A DNA stretch of 64,000 nt from positions 2,336,001-2,400,000 of the forward strand of contig OZ250169.1 in NCBI GenBank assembly GCA_965237955.1, written 5' to 3'. Shown in pieces: positions 38,649-50,046 of the stretch (its first letter is position 1; the number at the start of each line of letters is the position of its first letter). The position numbers and the translations under genes were made by a program. The notes under the pieces were generated by a model that saw only the letters and a list, made by a program, of their open reading frames with translations, searched no databases and was not told the DNA's origin. Origin of the DNA: Candidatus Marinacidobacterales bacterium. GTDB lineage: Bacteria; Acidobacteriota; Vicinamibacteria; Marinacidobacterales; SMYC01.

Positions 38649-40149
38649 CGATCACCTTCTCGGCAACGTCACTGTTCAGAGTCTCGACTAACTCGTCTAT
38701 CTCCATCCAGAACTCACGGCCGGCTGTATCGAAGTGTTTCCAATTCTCAGCGAGAGACTCGGTTGACTTCGCCGTCGATCTTGTGGCTTTTCGAGCGACA
38801 TAGTGGTGAACCGTGAGATCGCCGCTCTTCGCCAGGATTTCGTCGGTCGTCGCAACGGCGGCGAACTCGGTCTCGTTCTCGAATGCTTGGTACGCGGCGA
38901 GAATCTGCGACTGGTGTTCAGATTGCAGGAAGCTCTGAGTGTTCTCCCTCGCGATCACATGAACGGCGTCGATGAAGAGCGTCTTGCCTTTTCGAACCTT
39001 GGGTTTCTTGGAGCGGCAAATGACGACGCAGGCTTCCATCGGCGAGTTGTAGAACAGGCTGGGCCCAAGCCCGAGCACACACTCGACCATGTCGGTCGCG
39101 ACCAGGTTACGGCGCATGTTAGCCTCCGCCTTCCGAAAGAGCACCCCATGTGGGAACAGAATTGCGCAGCGACCCGTATTCGGGTCCATGCTCTTAAGGA
39201 TGTGCTGGAAGAAGGCGTAGTCGGCGCGGCCCTGTGGCGGTGTTCCTAGAAAGTTGCGGCCCCAATCGTCACTCTGCCACGCCTCGCGGTTCCATTTCTT
39301 GATCGAGTACGGCGGATTGGCGAGGACCACGTCGAAGGTCTTGAGTCGGTCGCGCTCGATCAGGGCCGGATCGTGCAGCGTGTTGCCGCTGCGGATGTCG
39401 AAGTCGGAGACGCCATGCAGCACGAGGTTCATGCGGGCGATGGCCGTGGTGATATTGATGAGCTCCTGCCCGTAAAGGCCAATGGTACGGGTGTCTCCCC
39501 CATTGCGTTTCACTTCGGCCAAGCACGAGATGAGCATGCCGCCGGTGCCGCAGGTCGGGTCGTAGATGGTCTCGCCCTCCTTGGGTTCGAGCATCTGCGC
39601 CATCAGGTGCACGAGCGTGCGGTTGGTATAAAACTCTTGCGCGGTGTGGCCGCTGTCGTCGGCGAATTGCTTGATGAGGTACTCGTAGCCGTTGCCGAGT
39701 TCGTCCTCGGGCACGTTGGCAAGGCTCAGAGGATGCTTCGAGAAATGCTCGATGAGATTCTTGAGCTTCTCGTCGGGCATCTGGGCCTTGTCGGTCCAGG
39801 CGGCGTTGCCGAAGACGCCCTGCAGCCGCTGCGGGTTGGCGGCCTCAATGGCTTGGTAGGCGTCCAGAAGGGCCCGGCCGGTATCGCGTGAGGCCTCGCG
39901 AGCGTCCTTCCAGTGCGAACCTTCGGGAATGGTGAAGCGGTCGTTTGCGGTCTCGGTGGCGTAGCCTTCGTCCTGGGAGTCCTCGAAGGCCTCGCGGTAG
40001 TCCTCGTCCCAGACATCCGAGAGGCGCTTGAAGAAGAGCAGCGGAAAGATGTACTGCTTGTAGTCGCTGGCATCGATGAGCCCGCGCAGAAGCGTGGCCG
40101 CGCCCCAGAGGTAGGACTCGAGCTCCTTCTGTGAGAGGTGATCGCTCAT
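38641..40149 (-). CDS. hsdM: type I R-M methyltransferase subunit, NPPY type
   Basis: LESYLWGAA, YDPTCGTGGML, VLANPPY. Confidence 0.95.
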   Translation of the reverse strand: MSDHLSQKELESYLWGAATLLRGLIDASDYKQYIFPLLFFKRLSDVWDEDYREAFEDSQDEGYATETANDRFTIPEGSHWKDAREASRDTGRALLDAYQAIEAANPQRLQGVFGNAAWTDKAQMPDEKLKNLIEHFSKHPLSLANVPEDELGNGYEYLIKQFADDSGHTAQEFYTNRTLVHLMAQMLEPKEGETIYDPTCGTGGMLISCLAEVKRNGGDTRTIGLYGQELINITTAIARMNLVLHGVSDFDIRSGNTLHDPALIERDRLKTFDVVLANPPYSIKKWNREAWQSDDWGRNFLGTPPQGRADYAFFQHILKSMDPNTGRCAILFPHGVLFRKAEANMRRNLVATDMVECVLGLGPSLFYNSPMEACVVICRSKKPKVRKGKTLFIDAVHVIARENTQSFLQSEHQSQILAAYQAFENETEFAAVATTDEILAKSGDLTVHHYVARKATRSTAKSTESLAENWKHFDTAGREFWMEIDELVETLNSDVAEKVIDA

Positions 40150-41560
40150 TCCAGCCATCCTCCTTCGGTCAGCACGGTGCGGAGGTGATCTTCAGCGGCG
40201 CGAGCTTCGGAGAGTGCTTCCTTGAACGCGGCGACGGCCTCGGGGAACGGAGGTATGTCCTCGCCGATGGGCGGCAGGACGTAGCGGGAGATATTGAGCG
40301 TCCAACCTTCCTCTTTGATCTCGTCGAGGGTGACGACCTTGGCGCGGTTCTCGACATCCTCAAAGGCTTGGAACCACTCGACGATCCGCTCGCCGTGTTC
40401 GATGTCGAGGAAGTTCTGAGCGCGGCCCTTTCGGAAGAGATTCGAGGCGTCGATGATGAGCACCCTGTTCTTCCGCTCGGCAGACTTCTTGCGACGGAAG
40501 ATCACGACGCAGCCGGCGAGCTGCGTACCGTAGAAGAGGTTCGGCGCGAGGCCGATGACCGCTTCGATCACGTCTTCCTTGAGGAGGGCTTCGCGGATCT
40601 TGCCTTCGGCGCTCTTGCGGAAGAGTGCGCCTTGTGGGAGGACGACGGCCATGCGGCTGCTACCGCCATAGGCCATCGACGCGATCATGTGCTGAACGAA
40701 GGCGTAGTCGCCGTAGCTGTTCGGGGGCAGCCCATGTTGCGCCCGGCCCCAGGGATCGTTCTCCCAGACCTCGCGTCCCCATTCCTTGAGTGAGAAGGGT
40801 GGATTGGCGATCACGCAGTCGAAAGTGGCGAGGCCGCCGGCACCGTCGGTGAAGACCGGATCGCGGAGAGTGTCCTCGCGGGCGATCTGGGAGTCTTCGA
40901 TGCCGTGGAGGACGAGGTTCATCCGGGCGACTGAAGACGTCGTGAGGTTCTTTTCCTGACCGTAGACCTTGCCGAAGAAGGTGCGCGGGTCGCCGCCGGC
41001 ACGCTTCACGTGGTCGATGGCGGCGAGCAGCATACCGCCGGTGCCGCAGGCGGGGTCGTAGATCGACTCGCCTTCCTTTGGGTCGAGGATCTCGACCATC
41101 ATCCGTACCACACTACGGGGAGTGTAGAACTCGCCAGCCTTGTTGCGGCGGGTGACGTCGGCGAACTTGCCGACTAGGTACTCGTAGGCGTCGCCGAGAA
41201 TGTCGGTGTCGACGGCGGTGTTGCCGAGCGAGATCGACGAGAAACCCTCGATCAAATCCTTGAGTAGCTCGTCGGTGAACTTTTCCTTGTTGCCCCAGTC
41301 AGCGGCCCCGAAGACGCGGTAGAGCGTATCTGGGTTAGCCCGCTCGATCTCCTGCATCGCGTGGGCGAGCGCGGTTCCAACATTCACCGCTGTCTCACGG
41401 ATGTCGCGCCAATGACATCCCTCTGGCACCTGGAAGCGATGGACCTCAGGGAACTGTGACGAGTAGGCGTCGCCGTAGGTGTCTGTGGCCTCGGAGTTTT
41501 CCTCATCCCAGACGTCGCAAATCCTTTTGAAGAAGAGCAGCGGCAGGATATAGCCCTTCC
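40146..41560 (-). pseudogene. hsdM: second type I methyltransferase subunit, NPPF type, 5'-truncated by an element end
   Basis: GEFYTPR, YDPACGTGGML, IANPPF; homology begins at KGYILPLLFFKR, right at the element terminus 41561. Confidence 0.85.
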
Positions 41561-41770
41561 CGTCCTGTGCCAAAACTCGGCCCTTTTGAAATAGACCACA
41601 AATCAGCAGCTTAGACGCCCTTGGAATCCGCACAGAATCGAGGGTATTTCGCGCCGCAGGGCTGACTTCCGACCCATGGGCTGGCGGATGAATAAATAGA
41701 AGGCACACCAGGAGTTACAACGGCTACTTCCTGTGCGTCTCCGGTTCCGAACGGAGCTTTACCCGCACCG

Positions 41771-42133
41771 CTAGCGGGCAGTTCGCAGCAGCGCCAACGC
41801 GTAGACAATCCCGATGGCCGGAACCACCGAAAATGCCAGCGCAAGCTCCCAATCTCCTCGCACTCTTCCCGCGGCAATCATCTGCGCAACCCACAGGTCG
41901 GCGATCACGTTCGCCGTCAGGAGCGCCATCATGGCGAGGATCTTCGTCGTGGCGAGGCGGGGCCGCAGCACGAGCAGAAGTAATCCCGCGGCGCCAAGAG
42001 GGTGCAGGAGGACCACCAGCAGCCGTTGCCAGACGTCTCCACCGTTAGCGAATGCTCCAACCAGGGCCGTGAATCCTGCGAAGACCGCGTGAATCACAGC
42101 GAGAACCGTCACCGAAATCCGGAAGCTGGTCAT
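41771..42133 (-). CDS. small 4-TM hypothetical membrane protein
   Basis: MTSFRISVTVLAVIHAVF... with four hydrophobic segments. Confidence 0.7.
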   Translation of the reverse strand: MTSFRISVTVLAVIHAVFAGFTALVGAFANGGDVWQRLLVVLLHPLGAAGLLLLVLRPRLATTKILAMMALLTANVIADLWVAQMIAAGRVRGDWELALAFSVVPAIGIVYALALLRTAR

Positions 42134-42655
42134 GGAGACATGATATATCCCTGCTGGGGAGCTACCTAATTGCCGGCCAAAACAGTCGGCGGTTTCGGAC
42201 ATGTAGGGGACGAGACGCGCGTGGTAGACGTTGCGGTTTTGACCGCGGCACACGGGCTGTGCGCCGGGGAAGAACTGCAGGAGGTCAGTGCGGAGTTGAG
42301 GCCAAATCCGAGACAAGTAAGGAAATCAAGGAGGCTCAGTCGCACCTGGACCAGAACATGCTAGGGCAGCCATGCCGCGGTAGCCTCGGCCTCGATTCTG
42401 GGCTTCTCGGGTGGCATCTTTTCCGCTGCCGCACGGCCCGGTCAACGCCCTGCACCCCTATTTGGCGCAAACTTGGCACTCGAAAATCGAGATTAGAGAC
42501 GAAAACCGAAAATGACGCCCTTTCAGCCCTTGTGCCTTCTATTTATTCATCCGCCAGCCCCATGGGTCGGAAGTCAGCCCTACGGCGCGAAATACCCTCG
42601 CTTCTGCGCGGATTCCAAGGGCGTCTAAGCTGCTGATTTGTGGTCTATTTCAAAA

Positions 42656-44039
42656 GGGTCTACGCGGGTTCGTGTGGGTTGAAAACGGCATTTCTGGGTA
42701 ATGGCGGAAGGAATGCCGCCACGATCTTCAGCTTGAGATATCCCTCGTCACGATAGCCGTAGGCGCGTCGTTGCAGAACACGGATTTTGTTGTTGACCCC
42801 TTCAACCAGTCCGAGACTGACTTTGTTCTCAGGATGACAGTAGGAGGCGATACCATCCCAATGGGACTCAATCATTCCGGCGAACTTCTGGTAGGGATGC
42901 AGGCGCTGCCATTTGAGGCTGTCTTTCCAACGTGTGAAAAAGGCGCGAGCCCCGCGTTCGGTGCGGTAATCCCAGAGTTGCCCGAAGGCCTCCTTCAAAA
43001 CATAGGCGGTGTTCAGGCGCCGGTTGGCCTGGAGCAACTTCTTGAGTGCGCGGCGACCGTCCAGGCTCAGGTTCTCCCGCCGGGAAAGCAACGTGTAACG
43101 CTGCCCCTTGATATACGACCGGTCCTCGCCGCTGAGGCGTTTGTACTCACGGCGCCGGACCTCATCGAGAGCCTTTGACAGGTGACGCATGATATGAAAC
43201 TTGTCGAAGATGATCCGCGCATTGGGTGCGTTGTTAATCACCGAGTTCCGGAAGGGCTTCCACATATCCATGGCGGCCAGCTTGATACGGGCGCTTTTCT
43301 TCCCGCCCAGCGCCTTGAAGAACAAATCGATGTCGGTTTCTTTGCGACCCTCACCGCCCACCCAGATGGGACGCGCCCGCTCCAGGTCGCTGACAATGAC
43401 ACGATAGTTATGTCCCTTGCGGATGGAGATCTCATCGATACCGATGGCCCGAGGCGCCGGCAGCCCCGCCCGCTCGACTTGCTCTTGCATGTAGAGCTTA
43501 TCCAGGTCCTTCACCGTAGTGTGGTGCAGACGTTCCATCTCGGCCACCGCCTTGTTCGGCATATCCCGGCACAGCTTGCCCACATGCGTCGCAAAGCGCT
43601 GGGTGTAGCGCGGGTTGTTCGCCAGCCAGTCCAAGTGTTCTACATGCACACCACCGCACCCACGACAGTTGACGCGCCAACGCTCGTATTCCAGATAGAT
43701 CCGCCAGCCTGCCAACGACAGGTCGCGGACCCGGCACACTTGCTTGTCATAGCGCCCCCGGCACCGATGCCCACAGTACGAGCACACGGCTGTTTTTTTC
43801 GCCTCTTGAGCTGGATGACGCGGGCGTATCGGTCACCGAATACACCGTTCAATCGGGCGCCAGCCACGAAACCTGGTAGCGCAAAAAGCGAGCGGATCGA
43901 CTGGGGATTTTTCACTCGGTTAGCCTATCCTAAAAACGGATCACTTCTCAGCACCTGATGAAGTGCTGAATACCTTTTCCACACAATGAGTTACACTATT
44001 TCTCCGTCAGCATTCGCCCACAGATTTCCGCGTAGACCC
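42656..44039 (-). mobile_element. ISL3-family insertion sequence
   Basis: TIR GGGTCTACGCGG/CCGCGTAGACCC; 8-bp TSD TTTCAAAA (42648-55, 44040-47). Confidence 0.93.
42660..43915 (-). CDS. ISL3 transposase, two ORFs joined by probable -1 frameshift
   Basis: IGIDE, AMDMWKPF, FDKFH, EGVNNKI, RAYGYR; A7 run near 43793-99 links ORFs 43640-43915 and 42660-43787. Confidence 0.88.
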
Positions 44040-44070
44040 TTTCAAAAGGGCCGAGTTTTGGCACAGGACG

Positions 44071-44193
44071 GGGAACCCGAATCGCCGATATCGCCTCCGA
44101 CACGCCCCAGATCTGGGGCCCGCCACAAGTCGATGACGATCGAAACGGCCCGGCGCGCCAGTCTTGAGTTCGTTTGTGTTTTTGGACACGACG
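44071..44193 (+). repeat. MITE-1 right-end fragment
   Basis: Near-duplicate of 44431-44553; ends TTTTTGGACACGACG. Confidence 0.88.
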
Positions 44194-44295
44194 GGTTCAC
44201 CTGGGCGTTCGATTTGAAGATGGAGACAGGGTAACGGAGTCGTCGAAGGTTGCTGCTGCCTGAACTTTTTGGCACACCTATTGACAAGAGCTCCT

Positions 44296-44553
44296 CAGAA
44301 TCGCGGCTGAGGTTACCGCGGCGTAGCTGGCCTAGCACGTTCTGGTCCAGGTGCGGCCCGGGTCTGGATCCAGGTCTCCGTCCGGGAGCATGGCATCCCG
44401 TTGCTGGACGGTGTTTTCCCTACGCGTGCGGGGAACCCGAATCGCCGACATCGCCTTCGACACGCCCCAGATCTGAGGCTCGCCACGGGTCGATGACGAT
44501 CAAAACGGCCCGGCGCGCCAGTCTTGAGTTCGTTTGTGTTTTTGGACAGGACG
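44296..44553 (+). repeat. MITE-1 right half
   Basis: Overlaps 33753-34064 copy; ends TTTTTGGACAGGACG. Confidence 0.88.
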
Positions 44554-44664
44554 GGAACGCGGCACCGGCCCACGCTGAGGCACTACTGCGTGAGATCACA
44601 GACGAGATCAAATTCCAATTCCTCCAATCTCCGCTTGGCTTGAAACTTCGCCAAGTTCACTACA

Positions 44665-47388
44665 TCAATCAGACCCGGACCGTGCAGGGAGAACTTCCCC
44701 TTTGTATTCCCTGAAGCCTGCGATCAATTGTTTGAATGAGGCAGGCTTGTATTTCTCAAAGCTCTCCTCGTCCACGTAAGCAAAGTCGTATTCCGCGTCC
44801 GCCTGTGCTCGGTTGATGTCTTCGCACCATTGCCGTAGCCGTTTCATCTTCAGCGGAACGTCAAGATCTTCCCGGCCTTTGGTTTCCACAATGAAAATCC
44901 GCTTGGCGGACAGCTTGACCATAAAATCCGGGTAGTAGTTGGAGATGTCGCCGTCAGCTTTCACGTAATCCAGTCTGAAGCGTACTGCCAGATAGTTCTT
45001 GGCGTAGGAAACCACGTCGCTGCAATCTTCCAGGAAGCTGGCAAACAGCAGTTCAAAACGGCTGTCCCAAATGATCTTGTTAAAGACGCTCTTTTTCGGA
45101 ATAAGGTAGCCCTGATCTTTGGCTACGAAGGGCCGTGTCTGCCGCAGCTTGATGGTGTCCCGGATTTCGGCGTCGCCTTTGTCCTGCACGGTGAGCGCGT
45201 TGATCGCCTACTTGAATGTTTCGATCAGGGTTTTGGTAGCGGCTAGTTCCGACAAGTTGCGCAGGGTGTTGGGGGTCTCCAGTTCCACTGGACGGTCAAA
45301 CAACTGCTCTTGCACAAACGCTTTGACCTTCCCGTACAGTACATCGTAACCGCTGACCAGCCGCAAATCCTTCATCAGGGTCTGCGCAAAGTAGCCGATC
45401 ACACTGCGGTAATCGGCAATGCCCGCCGTGTCGAGGATAGTGGTATGCGTCACCTCGCCGGTAGTGATGTCCTTGAAGACGATCTCCCGCTGTTCTTCCT
45501 CGCTGAAATATAGGTAGGTCACACGCTGATGCCCCAGCGCGCTCACGTTCAGGTTGCTCAGGTTCTTGTATTCCCGATAGGCGCGCGGCGTAAGCACGGG
45601 GATTTCAATATCCAGCGCCTCAATGTCTTTTTTGTCGTTTTCCTTGTCAATCTCCACCACCAGCGGGGTCTTTGCCTCGGTGCCTTCGCCCATCGGCTTG
45701 CGTTCCAGAACCACGCCTTCCGCCTGAATGGATTCCACGAAATCCATGAAGGCATCCGTGCCGACCACGCTGACATATTCCTCCAGCCCGCCGGGGTACA
45801 TTTTCCGCAGGCCGCGCCCTAGAGTCTGTTCCGGCAGGATGTTGCTGGGGGCCGAATACGCTCGCAGCCCTACTATGGTGGTGACGTTCCGCACGTCCCA
45901 ACCTTCTTTCAGCACCATCACCGAGATGATTGCCTTGTAGGGGCTGTCCAGCCCGTCAATCGAGTTGGCTTGACCGCGCAGCTTATCCAGGTCTTCTTTG
46001 TTCTTGCCTGACGTTGATTCGGAAATCTCGCCGTTTCTCTTTGTGTGGATGGCCAGCACGGCGTCTTTCAGATCAGGGTAGTGGCCTTCGAGGTATTCGG
46101 CCACGTCGTCGCAGTTGCGAGTGTCATCGGTCATTACGAACAAGATGGCTTTCTTGCCCAGCTTTTCGTGCTCGGCATACGCCTTGCGCCACTCGATTAC
46201 GCCCAGGTGAATGTAATCGGCGTATTTCTCGGTGTACTTGGCGCTCTTCTGTTCCGTCAACTTGGCGCGGCTGGCGGCGTCGGGCAGCACCGGATGCTTG
46301 ACCACGTTTTGCGAGATGGCTTCCACCAGCGGGTAATCGGCGACGGTCTGCACGAAGATCGCGCCGTTGTTGTGCTTGGGCGTGGCGGTCACGTCCACTT
46401 GCAGGGAAAGGGCCGACCCTTTGTGTCTCAGGCGGTTGTGAATGTCTTCGATGGATTTGAACCATGCCATGCGCGGGTCGTGAATATGGTGGGCCTCATC
46501 GTTCAATACCACCAGTTCATCAATGTCGCGCACGATCATGCCCAAGTCCACTTTGGAATCAGTGGTCGCGCCAGTAGGCCGCTTGCCCAGGAAGTAATTC
46601 ATCGTGTCTTCATCATCCGGCGAGGCGGGCATGTCGTCCCCGGCATAGACGCGGTGGATGTTTGTCAGGAAAATGTTTCCGGCGGAGCGGGTGATGCGCA
46701 CCTCGTCCTGCCGGTGTAGGGTCAGTTGAAAATCGTCGCGCCAGTTGCGCCCGTCCACGCCGTTGTCCGGTAGCACTGGGTCCGCGAAGAAGATGCGCAG
46801 ACCGTTGAAATCCTTGTAGATGCGGTCCAGCACGATAATGTTGGGCGCGATCACCAGGAAGTTGCGGGCCAGTCCCGACTCCGGCTCATACAGCTTGTGG
46901 AAATAGCTCCAGGCCAGTACCAGGCTTAGTAGCTTGGTCTTGCCTGTGCCGGTCGCCATTTTCGCTACAAAGCGTCGCCAAGTCTCGTCAAACATGCCGC
47001 TAGAGACCGTGCCGGAACTGTCGAAGCGCATCAGGTCGTACTTGTCCTGCACGCCCACCACGTCGTACAGATAGACGATAGTCTCCAGCGCCTCGCGCTG
47101 GGCGAAGTAATACTGGAACTCGGCTAGCGTTTCCAGTGAAGCCCCGTCGGTTTGGGGGAGCAGGTGTGGCGTGTTGAACCACCAGTTGAGCAGGCTCTTG
47201 CTGGTGTCGGTCGCCCCCACATACCCGCTGTCCCGCCATTCCTTCACTTTCTTGCGCAGTTGCGGCACCAGCGGCGGCATCAGCTTTTCGGAGCTGGATT
47301 CCCGCAGGGCTTCAGCCGCCGGAAACCAACGGATAGACGGGTCGAGGATGGCATAAGGCGATTCGGGGAAGTTGGGATGGAGCGCCAT
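44665..47388 (-). pseudogene. res: type III-like restriction enzyme Res subunit with one in-frame TAG
   Basis: MATGTGKT, NDEAHH, LKEGWDV, YYPDF..IVETKG; reads ETFK*AINALTVQDKG across 45208-45210. Confidence 0.88.
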
Positions 47389-49664
47389 TATTCCCTCCCT
47401 CTCACATTGCCTTCGACGATGATCATGGTGTCATTGCCGAAGATGTCCACAACCTTGACGGCCAGCTTCCGCCCCCCCGGTGTGCAATCGTGAAAGACGC
47501 TGGTCAGTTCCAGCGAACGGTCTTTCTTGGTGCGGAAGGATTGCCATTCGTTCTCGAAGATGTAATCCCCCGTCCAGACTTCCTCATATTCCAGTAGCTC
47601 TAGCTGTTCGAGCTGCCCCATCCCAGGAATCTGAACTTGTTTCATCTTGTCATGCTGAATGCGGACGATCTCTCGCTTGCTCTCAAAGTCGAAATCCACC
47701 GCCCAGTAGTCAATCCAGTCTGTCCATTTTTTGGTGAGCCGTTCGCGTTTGACGATGCCCTTCGCGTCCTTGCTAACCTTGACGATCTGCCCCTTTTCCG
47801 CCACGATCTTGCTGCCCTTGTTCTTGAGCGTAGCCTCCACGCTGGCGATGGAGTCCTGCGAATAGAAAACCGAAAAGTCGGTCAGTTCCACCGCTACGCT
47901 GTTCTTCTTGACGTGCGGCTTGACCTCGATAGCCGCCACGTCGTGGAAGACCACTTGGTTCTTTTCCACCGCCCGCTTGTCGAACACCTCGGCGGGGATG
48001 TACTTGGGAGCGATGTCAATGCCCTTGGCGCGGGCTTCGTCCAGCACGTTAGGGAACAGCCCCATTTCAAACTCAAAGCCCAGAATGTCCACGCGGGTGA
48101 TGTGCTTCTTGCGGCATTCCAGGATCACCTCTTCCACAAACAGGCGCGTCACCGGCAGGTTGACCGGTCCCACCGCCACCAGCCGTCCGGCCTTCTTGCC
48201 GTGGAAGGTCTGGAAGCCGTCGGTCTTTTCGGCGCGGTAGGCACGCAGGATCAGGTCCACGAAAGCAGCTTCCTTTTCTTCCAGTTGCTTTTGCTGTTCC
48301 GCCTCGCGCAGGTTTGGATTCATGCCGATGTAATGCTGGCGCTCGTACTTGCCCAGGTTGAGGATTTCAAAGGCGCGGTAGTCTTTGCCTACAGCCTTCA
48401 ACTGCCGTTGCACGCCGATCATGCGCTTCCGCGTGGTGTGGATGGCGAACTTGCCCAGGTCGCTGACGATCCACTTGCGGCCCAGCTTCTCCGCCACCGC
48501 CGCTGTAGTGCCGGAGCCGCAGAAGAAGTCGGCAACCAAGTCACCTTCGTTGGAGGAGGCTTTAATGATGCGTTCGAGCAGGGCTTCGGGTTTTTGGGTG
48601 GGGTAGCCAATCAGTTCCATTTCTTTGCCCCGAATGTTGGCGACACGCTCTTGGCCGACATTGCGAATATCCATCCACAAGTCGTCAGCCAAAATCCCTT
48701 CGGTTTCATCGAGATAGAATTTGAGTCGCTTTTTCCCATTCTTCGTTATGTAAATGCGTCCTTCACTCTCCAACCTGGCGATGGATTTCTCAGAGTAATC
48801 ACCCAATGGATATGATGCCCACTTGCGACCATCTGGATCGTATTTTGTGAAGAAGTTCGCTATGTAGTCTTCACTGTACGGCACATAGACGTTATTGAAT
48901 ATATTCCCTTTTCCTTTTCGGTACGCAATGATTGCATCATGGTCCCGTGGGAACATTTTTGATTTTTTCTTGCCCCCGATTGGAGCCGACCGCTTCCACA
49001 CCAACTGATTTAGTTGATTCTCGGAGCCAAAGACTTCATCCATCATCAGGCGTATGAAACTGTTCATCCTCCAATCACAATGCACATAAATACTCCCATC
49101 CTCCGCCAGTAAATCGCGCATCAGCGCCAGCCGTTCGTAGATCATGGCGATGAAGGAATCCGCGCCCCTGCCCCAGGTGTCTCGGTAGGCGATCTCTTCC
49201 AGGATGTTGGGCTTCTTGGTGAAGGTTTCGTCCCCGATCTCGATGTCCATTGAAAAATCCGCGCCCACGTCAAAGGGCGGGTCAATGTATATCAGCTTGA
49301 GGCCGCCCTGCTTTTCGATCTCCTCGCGCAGTGGCCCGTTCTTTAGAGATGACAGGATCAGCTTGTTGTCGCCCCAGATGAGCTTGTTCGTCCAGCCCTT
49401 GAGCTGGCGGCCCCGCGCATCAGTTGCGAACAGGTCCGCTTGCAGCGCCGCCTCTTCCGGCTTCTCGGCGCGCGGCTCGTCCACCTGCTCGATCACCTGG
49501 AAAGGCAAAACGATATTGCAGACCTCGCTGGTCTTGCCGTTCCAGACCAGTTCCACCTCGCGCTTGTCCTCAAACAGCAAAAAGCGATACTTGTCCGGCA
49601 GGGGCTTATCAGCTTCGATAAAGCGGATGCTCTCTTGTTGTTCCTGCTCAGTCAGTCGGGCCAT
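47388..49664 (-). CDS. mod: type III-like Mod DNA methyltransferase
   Basis: LIYIDPPF, YPTQKPEALLERII, DFFCGSGTT; GGAGG RBS. Confidence 0.92.
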   Translation of the reverse strand: MARLTEQEQQESIRFIEADKPLPDKYRFLLFEDKREVELVWNGKTSEVCNIVLPFQVIEQVDEPRAEKPEEAALQADLFATDARGRQLKGWTNKLIWGDNKLILSSLKNGPLREEIEKQGGLKLIYIDPPFDVGADFSMDIEIGDETFTKKPNILEEIAYRDTWGRGADSFIAMIYERLALMRDLLAEDGSIYVHCDWRMNSFIRLMMDEVFGSENQLNQLVWKRSAPIGGKKKSKMFPRDHDAIIAYRKGKGNIFNNVYVPYSEDYIANFFTKYDPDGRKWASYPLGDYSEKSIARLESEGRIYITKNGKKRLKFYLDETEGILADDLWMDIRNVGQERVANIRGKEMELIGYPTQKPEALLERIIKASSNEGDLVADFFCGSGTTAAVAEKLGRKWIVSDLGKFAIHTTRKRMIGVQRQLKAVGKDYRAFEILNLGKYERQHYIGMNPNLREAEQQKQLEEKEAAFVDLILRAYRAEKTDGFQTFHGKKAGRLVAVGPVNLPVTRLFVEEVILECRKKHITRVDILGFEFEMGLFPNVLDEARAKGIDIAPKYIPAEVFDKRAVEKNQVVFHDVAAIEVKPHVKKNSVAVELTDFSVFYSQDSIASVEATLKNKGSKIVAEKGQIVKVSKDAKGIVKRERLTKKWTDWIDYWAVDFDFESKREIVRIQHDKMKQVQIPGMGQLEQLELLEYEEVWTGDYIFENEWQSFRTKKDRSLELTSVFHDCTPGGRKLAVKVVDIFGNDTMIIVEGNVRGRE

Positions 49665-49699
49665 ACAGGGGTCTCTCCTCCATTGGTAAAAATTACACG

Positions 49700-49821
49700 T
49701 GACCTTGCCCAGGAAAAGTGGACAGGTTGATTATCTCGCATGAGCAGTTTTGAGATCATGAGTCCGTTCGAACACCATTGGGCTGTTGTAATCGAGTGAC
49801 GAGTGGAGTCGATACGGATTG
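49700..49821 (-). mobile_element. IS3-family right-end remnant
   Basis: RLHSSLDYNSPMVFE C-terminus then TGTCCACTTTTCCTGGGCAAGGTCA terminus. Confidence 0.75.
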
Positions 49822-49987
49822 GGTGCTTCCGCCATCAAATGTTGGTGAGATGACGCTAAGACTTTACGGTGCATTAAGTTACAGCTAAAATAGCGCTCGT
49901 GACCTTCGCTGCGCGCTAAATGGAGCGTAAGCGCCTTTTTTGCAAAAGGATGCGTACACATCACCAACAGTAAACAGCGCAAGCACC
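49822..49987. mobile_element. 166-bp MITE-2 (ends GGTGCTT.../...AAGCACC)
   Basis: Imperfect TIRs; homologous full copy at 55132-55297. Confidence 0.85.
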
Positions 49988-50046
49988 GTGGGCTTTACAA
50001 TCGCCTGGCCCGAGGGTGTTATCTTCAGATCCATGATGACGTACCA
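49988..50046 (+). mobile_element. fragment of rve-integrase element leader and start
   Basis: Matches 54347-54405 and reverse complement of 57251-57309 (..ATGATGACGTACCA). Confidence 0.8.

Larger units (their letters stand above)
41561..44070. mobile_element. composite unit bounded by inverted MITE-1 left ends, carrying a membrane-protein gene and a nested ISL3
   Basis: 41561-41707 is an inverted repeat of 42531-42655 + 44048-44070. Confidence 0.75.
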
